In this document: positions 39,259-40,660 of the stretch, piece after piece | Position numbering within the stretch: the stretch's first letter is position 1 | Layout: each line of letters opens with the position of its first letter | Assembly (NCBI GenBank): GCA_024275095.1 | Contig: JAJRZV010000093.1 | Span: 1-40,660, forward strand | Direction of reading: 5' to 3' | DNA from: a bacterium | Lineage (GTDB): Bacteria > JAJRZV01 | DNA length: 40,660 nt | The notes under the pieces: generated by a model | What the model was told of the DNA's origin: nothing | Databases searched by the model: none | Seen by the model: the letters and a program-made list of their open reading frames with translations, nothing else | Made by a program: the position numbers and the translations under genes

Positions 39259-40212
39259 ATGAAGAAAGTTTACACGCTAAAGAAGGCACGGGAGAACAGG
39301 CCATGGGGGGTCATGGCCATAGGCGTGTTTGATGGAGTCCACTTGGGACATCGTGACATTCTGAAAACTACTCGTGAACTTGCAAGAAAAATGAAGACGG
39401 TGGCATCGGTAATGACATTCCATCCTCATCCAGACGTGGTCCTCGGTAAAAGGCTGTCCTTGCAACTCATCTGTTCTCTCGAGGAGCGGTTGAGATTGCT
39501 CGAACATGAACACGTCGAAAAGTGCTTAATAATGGTTTTGGATAAAGAGTTTTCCCTTACGCCTCCTGAGAGATTTGTAAACAATATATTGGTGGAAGTC
39601 CTTGGGGTCTCGGGGGTTGTGGTGGGGGAAAACTTTCGGTTTGGCAGGGATGCAGCTGCGGATGCGTTTGTCCTTCGTGAGCTTCTTAAAGAACACCGCG
39701 TCCCCGTTGAAATCGTGCCCAGGAAGGCCCTTGACGGTGAGGTCATATCCAGCTCGTATATACGCCAGAGACTTTCTTCAGGGCATGTTGAGGTCGCGAA
39801 TCGTTATCTCGGGCATGCTTATTCTGTGACAGGTGCAGTTGTTCAGGGCAGGGGACTGGGAAAAAGGATCGGTTTTCCCACGGTAAACATAAAACCGTTT
39901 TGGCGCGTAATCCTTCTTGAGGGAGTGTATGCCGTTCGGATGTGGACAGGTGAGGCGCTCGTGGATGGGGTGGCTCACTGGGGCAGGCGTCCAACTCTTA
40001 ATGAAGATACTCCCGTGCTGGAGGTTCATGTTTTGAGGGAAAGCCTGAACATTCCGCCGGAGAGGAAGGTTCGTGTTTATTTTCTGCACTGGCTTCGCGA
40101 GGTTCAACGTTTTCCCAGTCTTGAAGCATTGAAAAACCAGATAACACAGGACGTGGAAAAAGCAGAGAAATATTTTGCGGGTGTGGAAAAAGTTTTTGAA
40201 CCGGGCATGTAA
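39259..40212 (+). CDS. ribF: Bifunctional riboflavin kinase / FAD synthetase
   Basis: AIGVFDGVHLGH, TFHPHP, VGENFRFG, ISSSYIR, IGFPTVN, EVHVL, LKNQI. Confidence 0.95.
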   Translation: MKKVYTLKKARENRPWGVMAIGVFDGVHLGHRDILKTTRELARKMKTVASVMTFHPHPDVVLGKRLSLQLICSLEERLRLLEHEHVEKCLIMVLDKEFSLTPPERFVNNILVEVLGVSGVVVGENFRFGRDAAADAFVLRELLKEHRVPVEIVPRKALDGEVISSSYIRQRLSSGHVEVANRYLGHAYSVTGAVVQGRGLGKRIGFPTVNIKPFWRVILLEGVYAVRMWTGEALVDGVAHWGRRPTLNEDTPVLEVHVLRESLNIPPERKVRVYFLHWLREVQRFPSLEALKNQITQDVEKAEKYFAGVEKVFEPGM

Positions 40213-40420
40213 TCACAACTCCACAACACCCCTGCGTATGTACCGGGGTTGATGTTTGGGGAGGGCGAGGTTGAAAACAGAATTTTTATAATTTTCCCAC
40301 TACCAACCTGTTGAGTTTTTTGCTGATTGCGAAAAAGATATGAGGAAATGGCTCAAAAACTGATGAATTTTGAAAGGTTTTAACGGACATGAGAGGGATT
40401 TCGGGTGTGAAGGGGTTCGT

Positions 40421-40449
40421 TTGACTCGTGTAAGTGATGGAGTTACAAT
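40421..40449 (+). promoter_or_regulatory. Sigma70 promoter of tRNA-Arg
   Basis: TTGACT-N17-TACAAT, ending 13 nt before the tRNA. Confidence 0.75.
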
Positions 40450-40462
40450 CAAAAAATCATCC

Positions 40463-40536
40463 GCCCCCGTAGCTCAGTAGGACAGAGCGACGGATTCCTA
40501 ATCCGTAGGCCGCAGGTTCGATTCCTGCCGGGGGCA
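40463..40536 (+). tRNA. tRNA-Arg (anticodon CCT), CCA not encoded
   Basis: Acceptor GCCCCCG/CGGGGGC-A, D arm GCTC/GAGC, anticodon arm ACGGA-TTCCTAA-TCCGT, T arm GCAGG-TTCGATT-CCTGC. Confidence 0.96.
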
Positions 40537-40660
40537 GGAGCGTGTTTCAGGGGGAGGGTGGGTGTAGTGGTTGTGGGTGGTGCGAGTGTGAAGTACGGAA
40601 GGAATCGAACGGCGTGAGCCGGTGGCGAGCGGAGCGAGCATATACGGAGCGCGTGTGGGA

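Overview
Gene-dense chromosomal window from a diderm bacterium (Sec/lipoprotein signals, outer-membrane beta-barrels; gene content suggests a Deltaproteobacteria-like lineage, not certain). Housekeeping blocks: trpS(3' part)-scpA-scpB-nfi-EamA-NCS2-malic enzyme; glyQ-glyS-ppdK-gammaCA-ppx-DUF502-GGDEF-exbD-ftsB-trkH-ribF-tRNA-Arg(CCT); dapL-folK-RuBisCO-like protein-OMP-fsa; Get3/ArsA-like ATPase plus partner. Between 6.3 and 21.6 kb is an accessory catabolic region: a GH5 (EGCrP/steryl-glucosidase-like) lipoprotein coupled to an OM barrel, a ~1.2 kb structured and degenerate intergenic stretch, cupin, lhgO, an SSS-galK-UDP-sugar pyrophosphorylase operon converging on galE with no galT, and FadR-like TetR-etfBA. 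Main points of interest: a candidate GalT-independent galactose pathway, possibly part of a glycolipid-scavenging locus; a form IV RLP coupled to dapL-folK; a CxxC-CxxC zinc-ribbon insertion in PPDK; several apparently leaderless promoters; two in-frame TAA codons (malic enzyme, dapL) and a T9 frameshift (trkH) that may be sequence errors. All calls come from reading motifs by eye; no searches were run.
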